Virus record (IMG/VR): IMGVR_UViG_3300017757_000001
Direction: 5' to 3' (one strand)
From: a virus
Length of the DNA stretch: 64,000 bases
Position numbers and translations under genes: made by a program. Shown here piece by piece: positions 45,927-56,200 of this stretch. The notes under the pieces were generated by a model that saw nothing but the letters and a program-made list of their open reading frames with translations, did no database searches and was not told where the DNA came from. Numbering within the stretch: position 1 is the first letter of the stretch; each line of letters begins with the position of its first letter.

Positions 45927-47173
45927 TTAGGTACTTTTGTTATTTCACACACTGGGAAAGGAGTTATAAATGATACACCTTTATTATTAATAATGTCTTT
46001 ATTCTTTTTTAATATTTCTTTTTCAAAATTATGGGATAATAATAAATAACTATCTGGTAATTCATTTTCATCTTCTTTAAATACTGGTATATGAGAACCT
46101 GGTGCGTAAGTTCCTATTTTATATGGGTTTACTTCTACAATCTTTTCAATCCATGAACTATCAATTCCCATATAATTTAATAATGTATTACCTTTAACAG
46201 GAGCTCCATATCCCCACACTTTTTTACCTAGTATAAATTTAGAAAATAATAATCTTCTTAATTCAAATTTAATCTTACCAATACTTGCAGCAAACTGTCT
46301 AAATGAATTTAAATTATATTTCTTATCTCTTTTCTTTAATACTTTTGTTCTTTCTGTAATTTTACATTTATTTTTTCTGAATTTACATATTATACTACCA
46401 CTATGAATTTCATCAAAATAAGTATCTTCTAAATGAAGATTATACTTTTTTAATAATGTAGTTAAACTTTTTAAGGTATAATAACATAAATGTTCATGGT
46501 ATATAGTATCAAAATTTAAATTATCAACCATAGCCCCCACATACATGCATTGTGCCACAAATACTCCATCATCTTTTAAACAATAATTAATTCCATTAAT
46601 TACACTGTCTAATTCTTCTAAATGAAAAAATACACCAGATGCATTTATTAATTTAATACTATTGGGTTCTAGTTCATCTTTTACACTTGCTTCATTAAAA
46701 AATTCATTTATAGTATCAATATTTTTCTCTTCAGATAATTTACAGATATTAGTTGCTGATTCAAAATTAATAAGTTTTTTAAACCCTAATTTTTTATATT
46801 GTTCTAATTGTGACCCATCATTACCCCCAATATCTAATATAATATCATTTTCTTTATCTAAATTATAATCATTACTATTTTCTACTGCTAATTTATAAAA
46901 ATGATCAATTAATGTTCTAGTTGTTCCTGATATATAAGAATGATCTAAAAACATTGTTTCTTTTGGTACAAAATAACTTAATTGAAGTAATCCTGGTTTG
47001 TTACAATAAACTAATTGTAAAGGGTATGTAGGTTCTTTTCCACATTCGTTCTTTTTTAAAAAACCATTAGCCCAAGGTTGTTTACCTAAATCCAAAATAA
47101 CTTCATAATCTGTTGTTAATTTGTTTTCACCTAATGAAAATATTTCTTTATTTTTTACCATGATATTTCCCAA
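45923..47173 (-). CDS. NDP-sugar C-methyltransferase
   Basis: LDLGKQPWAN.F, LDIGGNDG, FDTIYHEH, YGAPVKGNTLLNY, PGSHIP. Confidence 0.85.
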   Translation of the reverse strand: MGNIMVKNKEIFSLGENKLTTDYEVILDLGKQPWANGFLKKNECGKEPTYPLQLVYCNKPGLLQLSYFVPKETMFLDHSYISGTTRTLIDHFYKLAVENSNDYNLDKENDIILDIGGNDGSQLEQYKKLGFKKLINFESATNICKLSEEKNIDTINEFFNEASVKDELEPNSIKLINASGVFFHLEELDSVINGINYCLKDDGVFVAQCMYVGAMVDNLNFDTIYHEHLCYYTLKSLTTLLKKYNLHLEDTYFDEIHSGSIICKFRKNKCKITERTKVLKKRDKKYNLNSFRQFAASIGKIKFELRRLLFSKFILGKKVWGYGAPVKGNTLLNYMGIDSSWIEKIVEVNPYKIGTYAPGSHIPVFKEDENELPDSYLLLSHNFEKEILKKNKDIINNKGVSFITPFPVCEITKVPK

Positions 47174-47550
47174 TCTTTAAATTCAGCTGCTATACAATCG
47201 ATTTTATAATCTTTTCTACCATCACTGTGTTTTTGTATTTTATTTTTTGCAGTATTTCTAATACCATTTAACCCATGGGTTAACCCTAAATTACCATCAC
47301 CTGTTCCAGCGCGATATTTAGTTTCATTATGCCATATATGTAAGTTCATTTGAGATAATACTATTATTGCCCTTACATCTTCTCCAGTTAATTGGATTTT
47401 ATCTTCTTTTAGTATTTCTTCTATATCATGAGTTATTTCAGCTATTTCTTTAGCATATTCTTTTTTATGGTCAGTAATGAATACTTCTTTTAATTGAACA
47501 ATTGATAAACGATCTACTAATTCAGATAATGTAGGTAAGTATTTTCTCAT
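47155..47550 (-). CDS. Hypothetical protein of the glycosylation cluster
   Basis: SELVDRLSI..LK, N..IW..E. Confidence 0.6.
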   Translation of the reverse strand: MRKYLPTLSELVDRLSIVQLKEVFITDHKKEYAKEIAEITHDIEEILKEDKIQLTGEDVRAIIVLSQMNLHIWHNETKYRAGTGDGNLGLTHGLNGIRNTAKNKIQKHSDGRKDYKIDCIAAEFKDWEISW

Positions 47551-48176
47551 AATGTGTTGTAATAATTATTTTGTTTTTCTTGTTTTTCTATTGTTTTAGG
47601 ATGATATAAGCACCATTCTTCTTCAGCTGGTAATTCTGCTACATAGTCATATCCATCTAATATTTCATGTACTTTATTTTTCCACTTGATTTTACTATTG
47701 TTTTTGTAAATTCTCCATTGATAGTCTGGGAAATTAATCCATCCTTTATCGTTGATTTGCCATCTCCATTTTTGGATATGTTCAGATGTTAAACCTTCAA
47801 CTGTATTGATTCTTGGTACTCTAAATATATCTACCTCTGAGTTATTATCTAATAATGTTGGTAAAGATTGAAGAAAATAGTCTGACATGGTTTCATCAGC
47901 ATCAATTTGGAATATATAATCACCAGTACAATAATTAGTTAATTTGTTTTTCCAATCAGCAAAATGTCCTTCAAACTTATCTTTATACCAACTAAATTCA
48001 CCATTTATTGATTTAGCTCTTAGGAATTGTTCAATTGTTTTACTACCATTTTTAGAATCATATAAAACTACAATATTATCTTCATTTCTTTTATGTTCTA
48101 AAAGATATGGTATGAGTTTTTGAATTTCTACAACTTCATTACATACGGTAATTGCATAACTTATCTTCATTTTCAT
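47547..48176 (-). CDS. GT2 glycosyltransferase
   Basis: AITVCNE, GDYIFQIDADE, PDYQWR, VHE. Confidence 0.85.
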   Translation of the reverse strand: MKMKISYAITVCNEVVEIQKLIPYLLEHKRNEDNIVVLYDSKNGSKTIEQFLRAKSINGEFSWYKDKFEGHFADWKNKLTNYCTGDYIFQIDADETMSDYFLQSLPTLLDNNSEVDIFRVPRINTVEGLTSEHIQKWRWQINDKGWINFPDYQWRIYKNNSKIKWKNKVHEILDGYDYVAELPAEEEWCLYHPKTIEKQEKQNNYYNTL

Positions 48177-49020
48177 CTAATTTATTGACATAATATAATA
48201 ACCTATCTTTAGGTTTCCAACCTAAAAGATCAATTGCTTCTTCATTTTCACAAAGAGTAGCTCTAAAATTTCCGGGCTGATTATCAATATAAGATATCCC
48301 ACAATTAAATGTATTTTGGAACATACTTGCTAATTCATTTATTGAATAGTTTATCCCAGTTCCTAATTCCCAAGCATCTTCATGTTCAATATATTTTGTA
48401 GCTACTTTATATAAACCATCTACAATATCTTTTACATGAGTAAAATCTCTTCTCTGTTCACCATCACCTACGATTTCAATATCTGCTCCTCTATTAATTC
48501 TAGATCTCCAAATTCCAATTACATTCCCATTTTCTTCATCTAAACTTTCACCAGGACCATATACATTATAAAATCTACAAATTTCAACATTTAAATTAAA
48601 TGATTCTTTATATAATTTACATACACCCTCACCTAAGTATTTATACGCAGAATACGGTGAAGTTGATGGATTATGATGTTTAGATGATGAACCAGCATAT
48701 ATTAATTTAGCTCCAATATTATACGCAAATTTACATACAGCTTCTGTGCCTTTAACATTAACTCTAAATGTTTCTGATGGGTTTTTAAATGAAGGTTGTA
48801 CCCTAGATTGAGCGGCTAAATGAAATATTAATTCATAATCTTGATGAATAGTATCTATTTGCTCAATATCATCTGTAAAATACTCTACAGTTGGTAAATG
48901 ATTTTCTTTAGTGCCAGTTGAATAATTATCTATTGAATGGACATTATGACCTTCTTTAACTAATCTTTCAATTAAATTAACTCCAATAAATCCTGCTCCA
49001 CCTGTAACTAATATTTTCAT
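48139..49020 (-). CDS. NAD-dependent epimerase (GalE-like)
   Basis: GGAGFIG, HLAA, YSAYK, RFYNVYGP, GDGEQRRDF. Confidence 0.85.
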   Translation of the reverse strand: MKILVTGGAGFIGVNLIERLVKEGHNVHSIDNYSTGTKENHLPTVEYFTDDIEQIDTIHQDYELIFHLAAQSRVQPSFKNPSETFRVNVKGTEAVCKFAYNIGAKLIYAGSSSKHHNPSTSPYSAYKYLGEGVCKLYKESFNLNVEICRFYNVYGPGESLDEENGNVIGIWRSRINRGADIEIVGDGEQRRDFTHVKDIVDGLYKVATKYIEHEDAWELGTGINYSINELASMFQNTFNCGISYIDNQPGNFRATLCENEEAIDLLGWKPKDRLLYYVNKLDENEDKLCNYRM

Positions 49021-49494
49021 TTATTTTTCATTTGATGGTAGAGCGCCTATGTGAGATAAAGCATCCATATAATCTTTTTCTTTATAACTTTTAACATTTT
49101 TCATATCCATCCTCCACTTATAAAATTCTCCTGGTTTGTTTGGGATTGGGAATTTTTCTTTTTCTTCTTCCTTAACAGATATTGCTTTTACAGCTCCCCA
49201 AGACCAATCATCTTTATTTTTACCATTAGCAAATACCATTCCTTTATCATGAATATTTACAGTTGAAGGCATCCAAACCAAACCGTTTTCATCTTCAACC
49301 ATTAATGCTTTATATAAATTAGGTAGGGTTTCCATTTGTTCTTCAAAAAATGGCTCACCAACTTTCATTAATGAGTTAGTAGTAAAACCACAACCATAAC
49401 ACATATAAATTTTGATTTTATCATTTACTTCTTGTACGTAACAAGCGTCACTCCCACACCTACTACAAAATGTTAAACTATCATTTTTAGACAT
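49021..49494 (-). CDS. Zn-ribbon hypothetical protein
   Basis: CSRCGS...CYGCG. Confidence 0.6.
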   Translation of the reverse strand: MSKNDSLTFCSRCGSDACYVQEVNDKIKIYMCYGCGFTTNSLMKVGEPFFEEQMETLPNLYKALMVEDENGLVWMPSTVNIHDKGMVFANGKNKDDWSWGAVKAISVKEEEKEKFPIPNKPGEFYKWRMDMKNVKSYKEKDYMDALSHIGALPSNEK

Positions 49495-50809
49495 TTACTT
49501 TTGATTTTTTATATTTTTTAGGTAATTTAATTTTTTTAACTCCATTTAAATTTAAATCCATTTTTTTAGGTAAATTGGGAATATTTTCATTAAAAAATAT
49601 ATCAATTTGTTTTTTCATACCTTTAAAATTAAATTTAGATCTACTTATAAATCCTTGTCTCTTACCTTTTACCAACCATGATTTATAATTTTTAACAACA
49701 TCTTGCATAGCTTGGCTAACATGAGCATGATCAGGAGCAAACCAAGAACTTTCAGGAATTAACATATCTTTTATCACTGATGATGGATCTAATTTATCTA
49801 ATTTTCCTCCTACTAATACTGTATGTTCTTTATTTAAAAAATCTAACTGCCCCGACCAAGCACTAGCTATAATTGGTTTATTTGTTAAGCTAAATTCTAA
49901 TAAAGGTCTTCCAAATCCTTCACCTCTTGTAAGAGAAATAAAACATTTTACTTTTGGGTGATTATATAATTCATTTACATCTGTATTACTTAAATCTCCA
50001 TGTAAAAGATATATTTTTGGTAATTTAGTAGCATTAGGTATTGATTCTTTTATAATATTAATCCTATTAAGAACTTCCCTTCTATCAGTATAACTTGCTG
50101 CTGCTGTTGTTGTTTTTAAAATTAATGCCGGTGGATTATTTTTATTTTTCCAAACTTCATAAAAAGCTTTTACTAATAATCCCATATTTTTTCTATCATG
50201 TCCTAATCCACCTTGCATCCAATGTCCAACACTTAAAAATGCAAATTTTTCAGGGATTGAGTTAATAGATTCTAAAAGATTTTTATTTAAGAATTCTTTT
50301 TCAGGTAAAACCTTATATAAGTCTACATCAGCTCCTTCAAATATAACTTTAATAGGTTTTTCTAATTTAAGTGGTTTATTACTACCATCAGGCATATTAG
50401 CTTGATATTGAGTTGTTTCTAATACATTTTTAGAATGTTCAGAAGAAGTAACTATAATATCCATTCTATTCATTCCTTCAATCCATTGAGGAGCACAAGC
50501 TGTAGTTTCAATACCTGCTGTTAAACCTATATTATATTTTCCAACAGATTGAAATTCATTAGGTACAGTTGACATACACCAAATATCTGGTTGTTCTGTT
50601 AAAGGGCCTTGATGAATATATTTATTTAAAAATCCCCACTTTTCTTCATGGTCTTTTATAAAATTAAATGGAGTATTTCCCCATCTTTGTGGAATAATTT
50701 TAACATCATATCTATCTAATTCTATTACTGCTTTTATAAAATCTCTAGCTCTTGCTCCATAACCCGAGTAGGTGTCTATTGGACAACTTATTGCAAATGT
50801 ATTTTTCAT
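49487..50809 (-). CDS. GT4 (GT-B) glycosyltransferase
   Basis: SGYG, RKN...LVKAF, RGEGFGRPLLE, SGQLDF. Confidence 0.85.
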   Translation of the reverse strand: MKNTFAISCPIDTYSGYGARARDFIKAVIELDRYDVKIIPQRWGNTPFNFIKDHEEKWGFLNKYIHQGPLTEQPDIWCMSTVPNEFQSVGKYNIGLTAGIETTACAPQWIEGMNRMDIIVTSSEHSKNVLETTQYQANMPDGSNKPLKLEKPIKVIFEGADVDLYKVLPEKEFLNKNLLESINSIPEKFAFLSVGHWMQGGLGHDRKNMGLLVKAFYEVWKNKNNPPALILKTTTAAASYTDRREVLNRINIIKESIPNATKLPKIYLLHGDLSNTDVNELYNHPKVKCFISLTRGEGFGRPLLEFSLTNKPIIASAWSGQLDFLNKEHTVLVGGKLDKLDPSSVIKDMLIPESSWFAPDHAHVSQAMQDVVKNYKSWLVKGKRQGFISRSKFNFKGMKKQIDIFFNENIPNLPKKMDLNLNGVKKIKLPKKYKKSKVNV

Positions 50810-52246
50810 CTAATAAATTAATTTATGTTTTAAAACTCTTTTTTCAAAATCTGTATCAGCTAAGAATTCAAATTGTTCTCTAGGTTCCCAAGTACTAAAT
50901 AATTCATCAACTCCATCGATAATTCTTTTTCCCATTTGCTTTGAGGTAAACCCAGCTTCTTCACTTTCAGCCCATTTTTTTCCAGCTAATCCTTTTTGTT
51001 TTCTTTCTTCTTTGGATAAATTATATAACTCCATAATTTTATCTGCAGCATCCTCAAAAGAACAATGATCTTCAAATATATAAGGTGTTGGAAGTGATCC
51101 AACCATTGTTCTTACAGAAGGATATACAGGTAATACCCACTCACCATGTTCTTTGTAAGTACCCCTATGATTTGAAGGTACATCATTATTATTAACATAC
51201 CATTTTCCATTTTCATCAACAAAACGCATTTGGTCTTGCATTCCACCAGTTACATTAGCTATAATAGGAGTTCCTGATAGTAAACTTTCAGTTAATGCTA
51301 ATCCCCACCCTTCAGCATTTGATAGTAATATAGTACCATCTACTGAATTATATAAAAAATTCATATGTTCAATTGGGTATTTTTGCTCACTAATGATGAT
51401 ATTATTATCTATTCCTTCGTAACCATCTAAATATTCTAAAATAGCATGAAGATCTGTTCCAGCATTGTCTCTAGAATTACAATGTAATACTAATCTACAT
51501 TTATTAGCTTCTTCAGGTGTTAATTTACTACAAAATAATTTCCATGCTAATATAGTATTAGGAATTTGTTTTCTTCTAATATTTCTAGAATTAAATAATA
51601 TTGAAAAATCAACTTCTTCTTTATTGTAAAGATGTTTTCTAAATTCTCCTAATTCAATATCATTTTCATCTAATGCTTTAAAATAATCATTATTTAAACC
51701 ATGAGGGATATATTTAAATATTTTATTTTTCCCTTCTTTTCCTAATACTACTTTATTAATATGGTTAGTTTGTTTAGAAATTCCAAATAAAGCATCACAA
51801 GATTGATAAAATTCTTTATTATATTCAGGTGCAGGATAATCATCCCAAATGTTTAGGTATATTATAGGAATATGTTTTCTAATTTCATTCTCCATATCAA
51901 ATACCCATTTAAAATATCTAGGATCAGTAATTAAAAATATTGCATCTATTTGTTCCCTAGCCATTACTTGTCTTAAAACATCAGGATTCCCATAACCATC
52001 TACAGGATACAAAATAACCGAAGCATCTTCTACTCCTGATTGTTTTGCCGTATCTGCTGATATGTCTTGGATTTTGCCTTTTTCAGGATGCTCTATAGAA
52101 CCTGCTAATTGAACCCAATTATAATGATGACAAGTATTAAGTATTGTTTCTCTACCTACTTGTGCTACACCAGAATGTGTTCTGATATCATCTGTTAATA
52201 AAAGTATTTTTTTCCTTTTATCTTTTTTAATGTAACCTTCTTTCAT
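50810..52246 (-). CDS. GT4 (GT-B) glycosyltransferase
   Basis: SGVA, IPHG, RNIRRKQ, EGWGLALTE, TGGMQD. Confidence 0.85.
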   Translation of the reverse strand: MKEGYIKKDKRKKILLLTDDIRTHSGVAQVGRETILNTCHHYNWVQLAGSIEHPEKGKIQDISADTAKQSGVEDASVILYPVDGYGNPDVLRQVMAREQIDAIFLITDPRYFKWVFDMENEIRKHIPIIYLNIWDDYPAPEYNKEFYQSCDALFGISKQTNHINKVVLGKEGKNKIFKYIPHGLNNDYFKALDENDIELGEFRKHLYNKEEVDFSILFNSRNIRRKQIPNTILAWKLFCSKLTPEEANKCRLVLHCNSRDNAGTDLHAILEYLDGYEGIDNNIIISEQKYPIEHMNFLYNSVDGTILLSNAEGWGLALTESLLSGTPIIANVTGGMQDQMRFVDENGKWYVNNNDVPSNHRGTYKEHGEWVLPVYPSVRTMVGSLPTPYIFEDHCSFEDAADKIMELYNLSKEERKQKGLAGKKWAESEEAGFTSKQMGKRIIDGVDELFSTWEPREQFEFLADTDFEKRVLKHKLIY

Positions 52247-52253
52247 ATTAATT

Positions 52254-52454
52254 TTAATCGTTAAATTTTAAGTCTGTGTGTGAATTAATTTTTTTTCTAA
52301 AATCTTCATCTGTTAAATATAGATGTAGAGATCTATCAGCTAGTTTTTGGAATGAAAATTTTCTTCTTACACATTCAATTTTAAATTCATCAAATAAATT
52401 ACTTTTTACTTTAACACTTGTTAGTGTCATTTCTTTTTTGTCAGTTGTTGCCAT
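52254..52454 (-). CDS. Ribbon-helix-helix DNA-binding protein
   Basis: LTSVKV beta strand followed by two helices. Confidence 0.6.
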   Translation of the reverse strand: MATTDKKEMTLTSVKVKSNLFDEFKIECVRRKFSFQKLADRSLHLYLTDEDFRKKINSHTDLKFND

Positions 52455-52498
52455 AATCTTTATTATTTATATTATATTTGTCTATACATATATGTAGA

Positions 52499-53452
52499 TT
52501 ATAAATTTTTACCAACTGCGCTACATAATTTACTATCTTCTTTAAATGGGCAAAATGTGCAATTCCATTTACTTGGCTTGGGAATAAATGTACGATCTTT
52601 GTAGGTACCATCCAAACTAAAAACATCTTTAATAAAAGTCTCTAATAATTTAGACGCTTTATTTAATTTAGTTTTACCCGATGCTGGTGTAAATTGTTGT
52701 ATTCTACTCATTGGGTATTCTGTATCTTCCCAAATTTTTCTTTTTACTATAAAAAACTCAATATCAATATCTTCAATTGGAATATTATATTGTTGACTAA
52801 AGAATTTTTTGTATAAAACTAATTGGAATTGTTTTATTTCATCTTTTTTAGCCCATTTATTCCACCCTTTGGTTGATGTTTTTATATCAATTATAGTAAA
52901 TTTATTTAAGGTTTCATTATATAGCACTACATCTAAATAGCCCATGTATTTAACACGCTGTAAATACGGATTAGGCGCCAATATAATAGGTATCTCACAC
53001 CCAACTAAATATGTTCCTTTTTTACTAAAATATCTACCTCTTTTTTTCTTAAAAAATTTTAAAATGTTAATTCCATCTTCATAAAATTCTCTTATTTCTT
53101 CTGGAGTACTAAAATGGACATTTTTATTCTTTTTATAGGATTCAGCATAAGATTTTCTTAAATTTTCTTCAAAATATTCTTCTATATTTATTCTGTCGGC
53201 TTCAGCTGCACTTTTATCATACATTATATCTAAATAATGTTGAAGAGTTTCATGGATAGCTGTACCAAAAGTCATATGAATACTTTGTTCACTAACTTTA
53301 TGCCCTTCTCTATAATTTAATGACCATTTTTTGGGACATTGAGAGTACATTGATAGTTGTGAAAAAGAAATATTCTTTTCAAATGAAAAATCAAGAGGTT
53401 GAGGGGGATTATTAATAATCTCCTTAACTATTTTAGGAATTTTTCTAGCCAC
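52499..53452 (-). CDS. PD-(D/E)XK nuclease, RecB/AddB/Cas4-like with Fe-S cysteines
   Basis: SFSQL..YSQCP, FGTAIHE, GYLDV, IIDIKT, QL.LY, CTFCPF...C. Confidence 0.85.
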   Translation of the reverse strand: MARKIPKIVKEIINNPPQPLDFSFEKNISFSQLSMYSQCPKKWSLNYREGHKVSEQSIHMTFGTAIHETLQHYLDIMYDKSAAEADRINIEEYFEENLRKSYAESYKKNKNVHFSTPEEIREFYEDGINILKFFKKKRGRYFSKKGTYLVGCEIPIILAPNPYLQRVKYMGYLDVVLYNETLNKFTIIDIKTSTKGWNKWAKKDEIKQFQLVLYKKFFSQQYNIPIEDIDIEFFIVKRKIWEDTEYPMSRIQQFTPASGKTKLNKASKLLETFIKDVFSLDGTYKDRTFIPKPSKWNCTFCPFKEDSKLCSAVGKNL

Positions 53453-53876
53453 CCCTTTTCCACTTATTACGTCCTACTAACATACCAATTATTCCGTAAT
53501 TAGCTACATCTAAGAATGTATCTTCCATGCTTTCTCCTTTAACGTAATTTCTACCATTTACTATAAGATTTTTTAACCTAGATATTTTATCAGTTAACCT
53601 AATAGCTAACCCTGTAAGTGAGAAGTTTTTATCTTTTTTATCATTTAATATATCACCTCCTAAAGCAATATTATTTAATCCATAATCCATATGTTTACGA
53701 GCAAACATTTCGTACATTTCTTTTTGGATAGTTTTAAATTCTTCAGATAGTTCTGCATATTCTAGTTCAAATTCCTCAACTACTGGATCTGGTAGTGGTC
53801 TCATTCCCATATTTTTAGAGTTCATTATATCTCTATCACTCATATCTTCTTTGTACTTTTTAATTGAATCTCCCAT
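53445..53876 (-). CDS. DUF1599 / nucleotide-modification-associated domain protein
   Basis: RKHMDYG, IRLTDKISRLKNL, ESMEDTFLDVANYGII. Confidence 0.8.
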   Translation of the reverse strand: MGDSIKKYKEDMSDRDIMNSKNMGMRPLPDPVVEEFELEYAELSEEFKTIQKEMYEMFARKHMDYGLNNIALGGDILNDKKDKNFSLTGLAIRLTDKISRLKNLIVNGRNYVKGESMEDTFLDVANYGIIGMLVGRNKWKRGG

Positions 53877-54100
53877 TAAATAACCGGATTTTCGGGTTTA
53901 AAATATTTATCTAACGTTGATAATCTATCATCAGCATCCACTAATTTATTCAATGCTTCTTCTGCATTTTTATAAAAATCTTCAGTTGAATGATCACCTA
54001 TTCCTGCTGGGTGTTCTGATAGCAAGTTTAAAGTTAATAATGCTTTAGCTTTATCAGCTTCTGCTGAATTATTTAACATATTAAATAGTTCTAATTTCAT
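53876..54100 (-). CDS. Conserved phage hypothetical protein
   Basis: PAGIGDHS motif. Confidence 0.6.
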   Translation of the reverse strand: MKLELFNMLNNSAEADKAKALLTLNLLSEHPAGIGDHSTEDFYKNAEEALNKLVDADDRLSTLDKYFKPENPVI

Positions 54101-54540
54101 TTTAATTTTGATGTTTTAATTAATTTTTTTCTCTCTTTATCTTCTATCCCCATACTTAAAAGAATAGTATTTATTCCTTCTTTACCTAATATTGGAATAT
54201 AATTAAAAGCTTCATTAGTTCCCACCTCAAAATATCTAGATACAAAATTTGTTAAATCCTTATAATCTATTTTATTTTGATTTTTAATATATTTATTCCA
54301 TACTTTCTTTTTAGGTATTAATTGTCGGTAAATAGTGTAGATTTCCTTTTTATTTTGGGGATTAATATTTTGTACATAATTAACAATATCTAAATATTTA
54401 AAGTTCATACTTAAAAATCTATGAACCATATAAGAATTCCAATTATCCCAAGATTTATCCGAAAATGAATCAGGAGATGTTTTTTGGATGGTTATTTCAT
54501 TTAACCATCCAAAAACATTTTTAATCTCTTTTTCTACCAT
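54097..54540 (-). CDS. Clamp loader small subunit (T4 gp62-like)
   Basis: YMVHRFLSM..., IPKKKVWNKYIK; near gp44. Confidence 0.7.
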   Translation of the reverse strand: MVEKEIKNVFGWLNEITIQKTSPDSFSDKSWDNWNSYMVHRFLSMNFKYLDIVNYVQNINPQNKKEIYTIYRQLIPKKKVWNKYIKNQNKIDYKDLTNFVSRYFEVGTNEAFNYIPILGKEGINTILLSMGIEDKERKKLIKTSKLK

Positions 54541-54800
54541 TATTCTCCTCCAGCCATGTGATCTTTAAATTCATCTCTTAACTCTAAAGGAATTGTACTT
54601 TCTAGTATTTTACCTGAAGTTGGATCCCAAAATACTGGGATTGGCATAACTGCATCTTCTTCAGCTCCTACTACAAATTTTGATACTTTACGTAATAATA
54701 CTCCTTGTTACCAAATTTTACCTCCATCAGGTGTATCAATAGCTGATGTATTGTTTAAATCAATATTTGGTCTTTGCTGTGTTGGGTTTGTTCCTTCCAT
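54540..54800 (-). pseudogene. 86-codon ORF interrupted by an in-frame TAA at codon 31
   Basis: MEGTNPTQQRPNIDLNNTSAIDTPDGGKIW*QGVLLRKVSKFVVGAEEDAVMPIPVFWDP...; TAA at 54710-54708; terminal TAA overlaps the next ATG. Confidence 0.6.
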
Positions 54801-54807
54801 TTTTAAT

Positions 54808-54963
54808 TTATTTGTGATTTCTTTTAAATTCAGTTGATAATTGTTTTACTTTTGTGGCAGCTGATCTACATCTTTGTTTGGCAGCTCCTGTTGTTTTTTC
54901 TACTTCTGCTTCAATAAGAACTACTTGTTCTTTGATAGCATCTAAAATTTCAATACTTGTCAT
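54808..54963 (-). CDS. Small basic protein resembling Bacteroidota histone H1-like Hc1
   Basis: MTSIEILDAIKEQVVLIEAEVEKTTGAAKQRCRSAATKVKQLSTEFKRNHK (manual translation). Confidence 0.5.
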   Translation of the reverse strand: MTSIEILDAIKEQVVLIEAEVEKTTGAAKQRCRSAATKVKQLSTEFKRNHK

Positions 54964-54975
54964 TTTTTAATTTTT

Positions 54976-55896
54976 TTAATTTAATTCTATTAATTTTGAT
55001 ATTAAAGCCATTGCATTAATTTCTTTATCAATTCTAAAATTAGATTGATAACTATATTCATTAATATGGATGGCTACCATTCCTTCATTATCAGGCGCAT
55101 ATTCTGATGCTTGGTCAAATAAAAATCTATATAAAGATTCAAAATCTTGAACATTAGCATCTGCTATTATTTGCCTAATATTTTTATATTTATTAAAACT
55201 ACTATCTTTAGTCTTTAATACTTTTACTATATCTTTATTATAATTAGATGATACTATTGATGTTGTATCTAAATTTAATTTATTATCAACAGTAGATACC
55301 TGAATTGTATTAAGCATTTTTCTAACATCTGGGTAGCTATTATCAATGATAGCTTTTAGATCATTTTCATTAGAGTTAATTTCTTCTCTTTTGATGATTT
55401 TATCTAAATGTTTAAGAATATCTAATTTATTTGGAGGTATTACTTTTAATGTTTGACATCGTGATTGTAAGGGATCAATAATACGCTCTATAAAATTACA
55501 AGTCATTATAAATCTAGTACTTCTAGAAAATGTTTCAATAACATTTCTTAATGATGCTTGTGCTTGGATTGTTAAAAAATCAGCTTCATCTAAAATTATT
55601 ACTTTTAGGGGTTTAAAAGACATTGTGCTTGCAAATCCCGTTACTTTAGCTCTAATAGTATCAATTCCTCTTTCATCTGATGCATTAATATATAGATGAT
55701 CACAATCTAAATTTTTAACTATTAATTTCGCTAATGTTGTCTTACCAGTACCTGCAGGACCATAAAATAATAAATTTTGTATATCATTTTGTCCTAAATA
55801 CTGTGATATAGTGTTTTTGATATTTTCATTTCCTACATAATTATCTATATTAGTAGGACGATATTTTTCGACTAATAAACTATTTTTCATAACCAT
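54976..55896 (-). CDS. Clamp loader large subunit (gp44/RFC-like AAA+)
   Basis: VEKYRP, GPAGTGKTT, NASDERGID, ILDEAD, SRC. Confidence 0.95.
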   Translation of the reverse strand: MVMKNSLLVEKYRPTNIDNYVGNENIKNTISQYLGQNDIQNLLFYGPAGTGKTTLAKLIVKNLDCDHLYINASDERGIDTIRAKVTGFASTMSFKPLKVIILDEADFLTIQAQASLRNVIETFSRSTRFIMTCNFIERIIDPLQSRCQTLKVIPPNKLDILKHLDKIIKREEINSNENDLKAIIDNSYPDVRKMLNTIQVSTVDNKLNLDTTSIVSSNYNKDIVKVLKTKDSSFNKYKNIRQIIADANVQDFESLYRFLFDQASEYAPDNEGMVAIHINEYSYQSNFRIDKEINAMALISKLIELN

Positions 55897-55926
55897 AATA
55901 TAATAACTTTTATTTGTTTCTCCAAC

Positions 55927-56199
55927 CTAAACTCCTTGTTTAAACTCACCATATAATGAATAAGTTTTAGGTGTTTCTTTTATAATTTCAACTTCACTTG
56001 TTTGAATTGCGTATAATTTACTACCAATTGGATCTAATCTATATTCACCTGAAAAATTAGTAAGGTGTAAATATGCTTCTAATACATCAGTAATTGATTC
56101 ATATACTACCTTTTTGGCATCACCAACTAAAGTCCACCTATCTCCAGGTGGTACTCTAGTAGCGATTAATTCATTATATTCTTCTAATTGTGTAGCCAT
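55927..56199 (-). CDS. Hypothetical protein
   Basis: ORF track. Confidence 0.6.
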   Translation of the reverse strand: MATQLEEYNELIATRVPPGDRWTLVGDAKKVVYESITDVLEAYLHLTNFSGEYRLDPIGSKLYAIQTSEVEIIKETPKTYSLYGEFKQGV

Positions 56200-56200
56200 A

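Noticed and set aside
52441-52626. Minus-strand 61-aa ORF
   Set aside because: Out-of-frame overlap with the nuclease C-terminus and a promoter motif
52499-53452. Cas4-like nuclease as part of a CRISPR-Cas system
   Set aside because: No array or other cas genes in the window; solo Cas4/RecB-like nucleases are common in phages
54708-54710. Stop-codon reassignment (alternative genetic code)
   Set aside because: Single case; TAA, TAG and TGA all terminate conserved genes normally, coding density is high under code 11, and there is no suppressor tRNA
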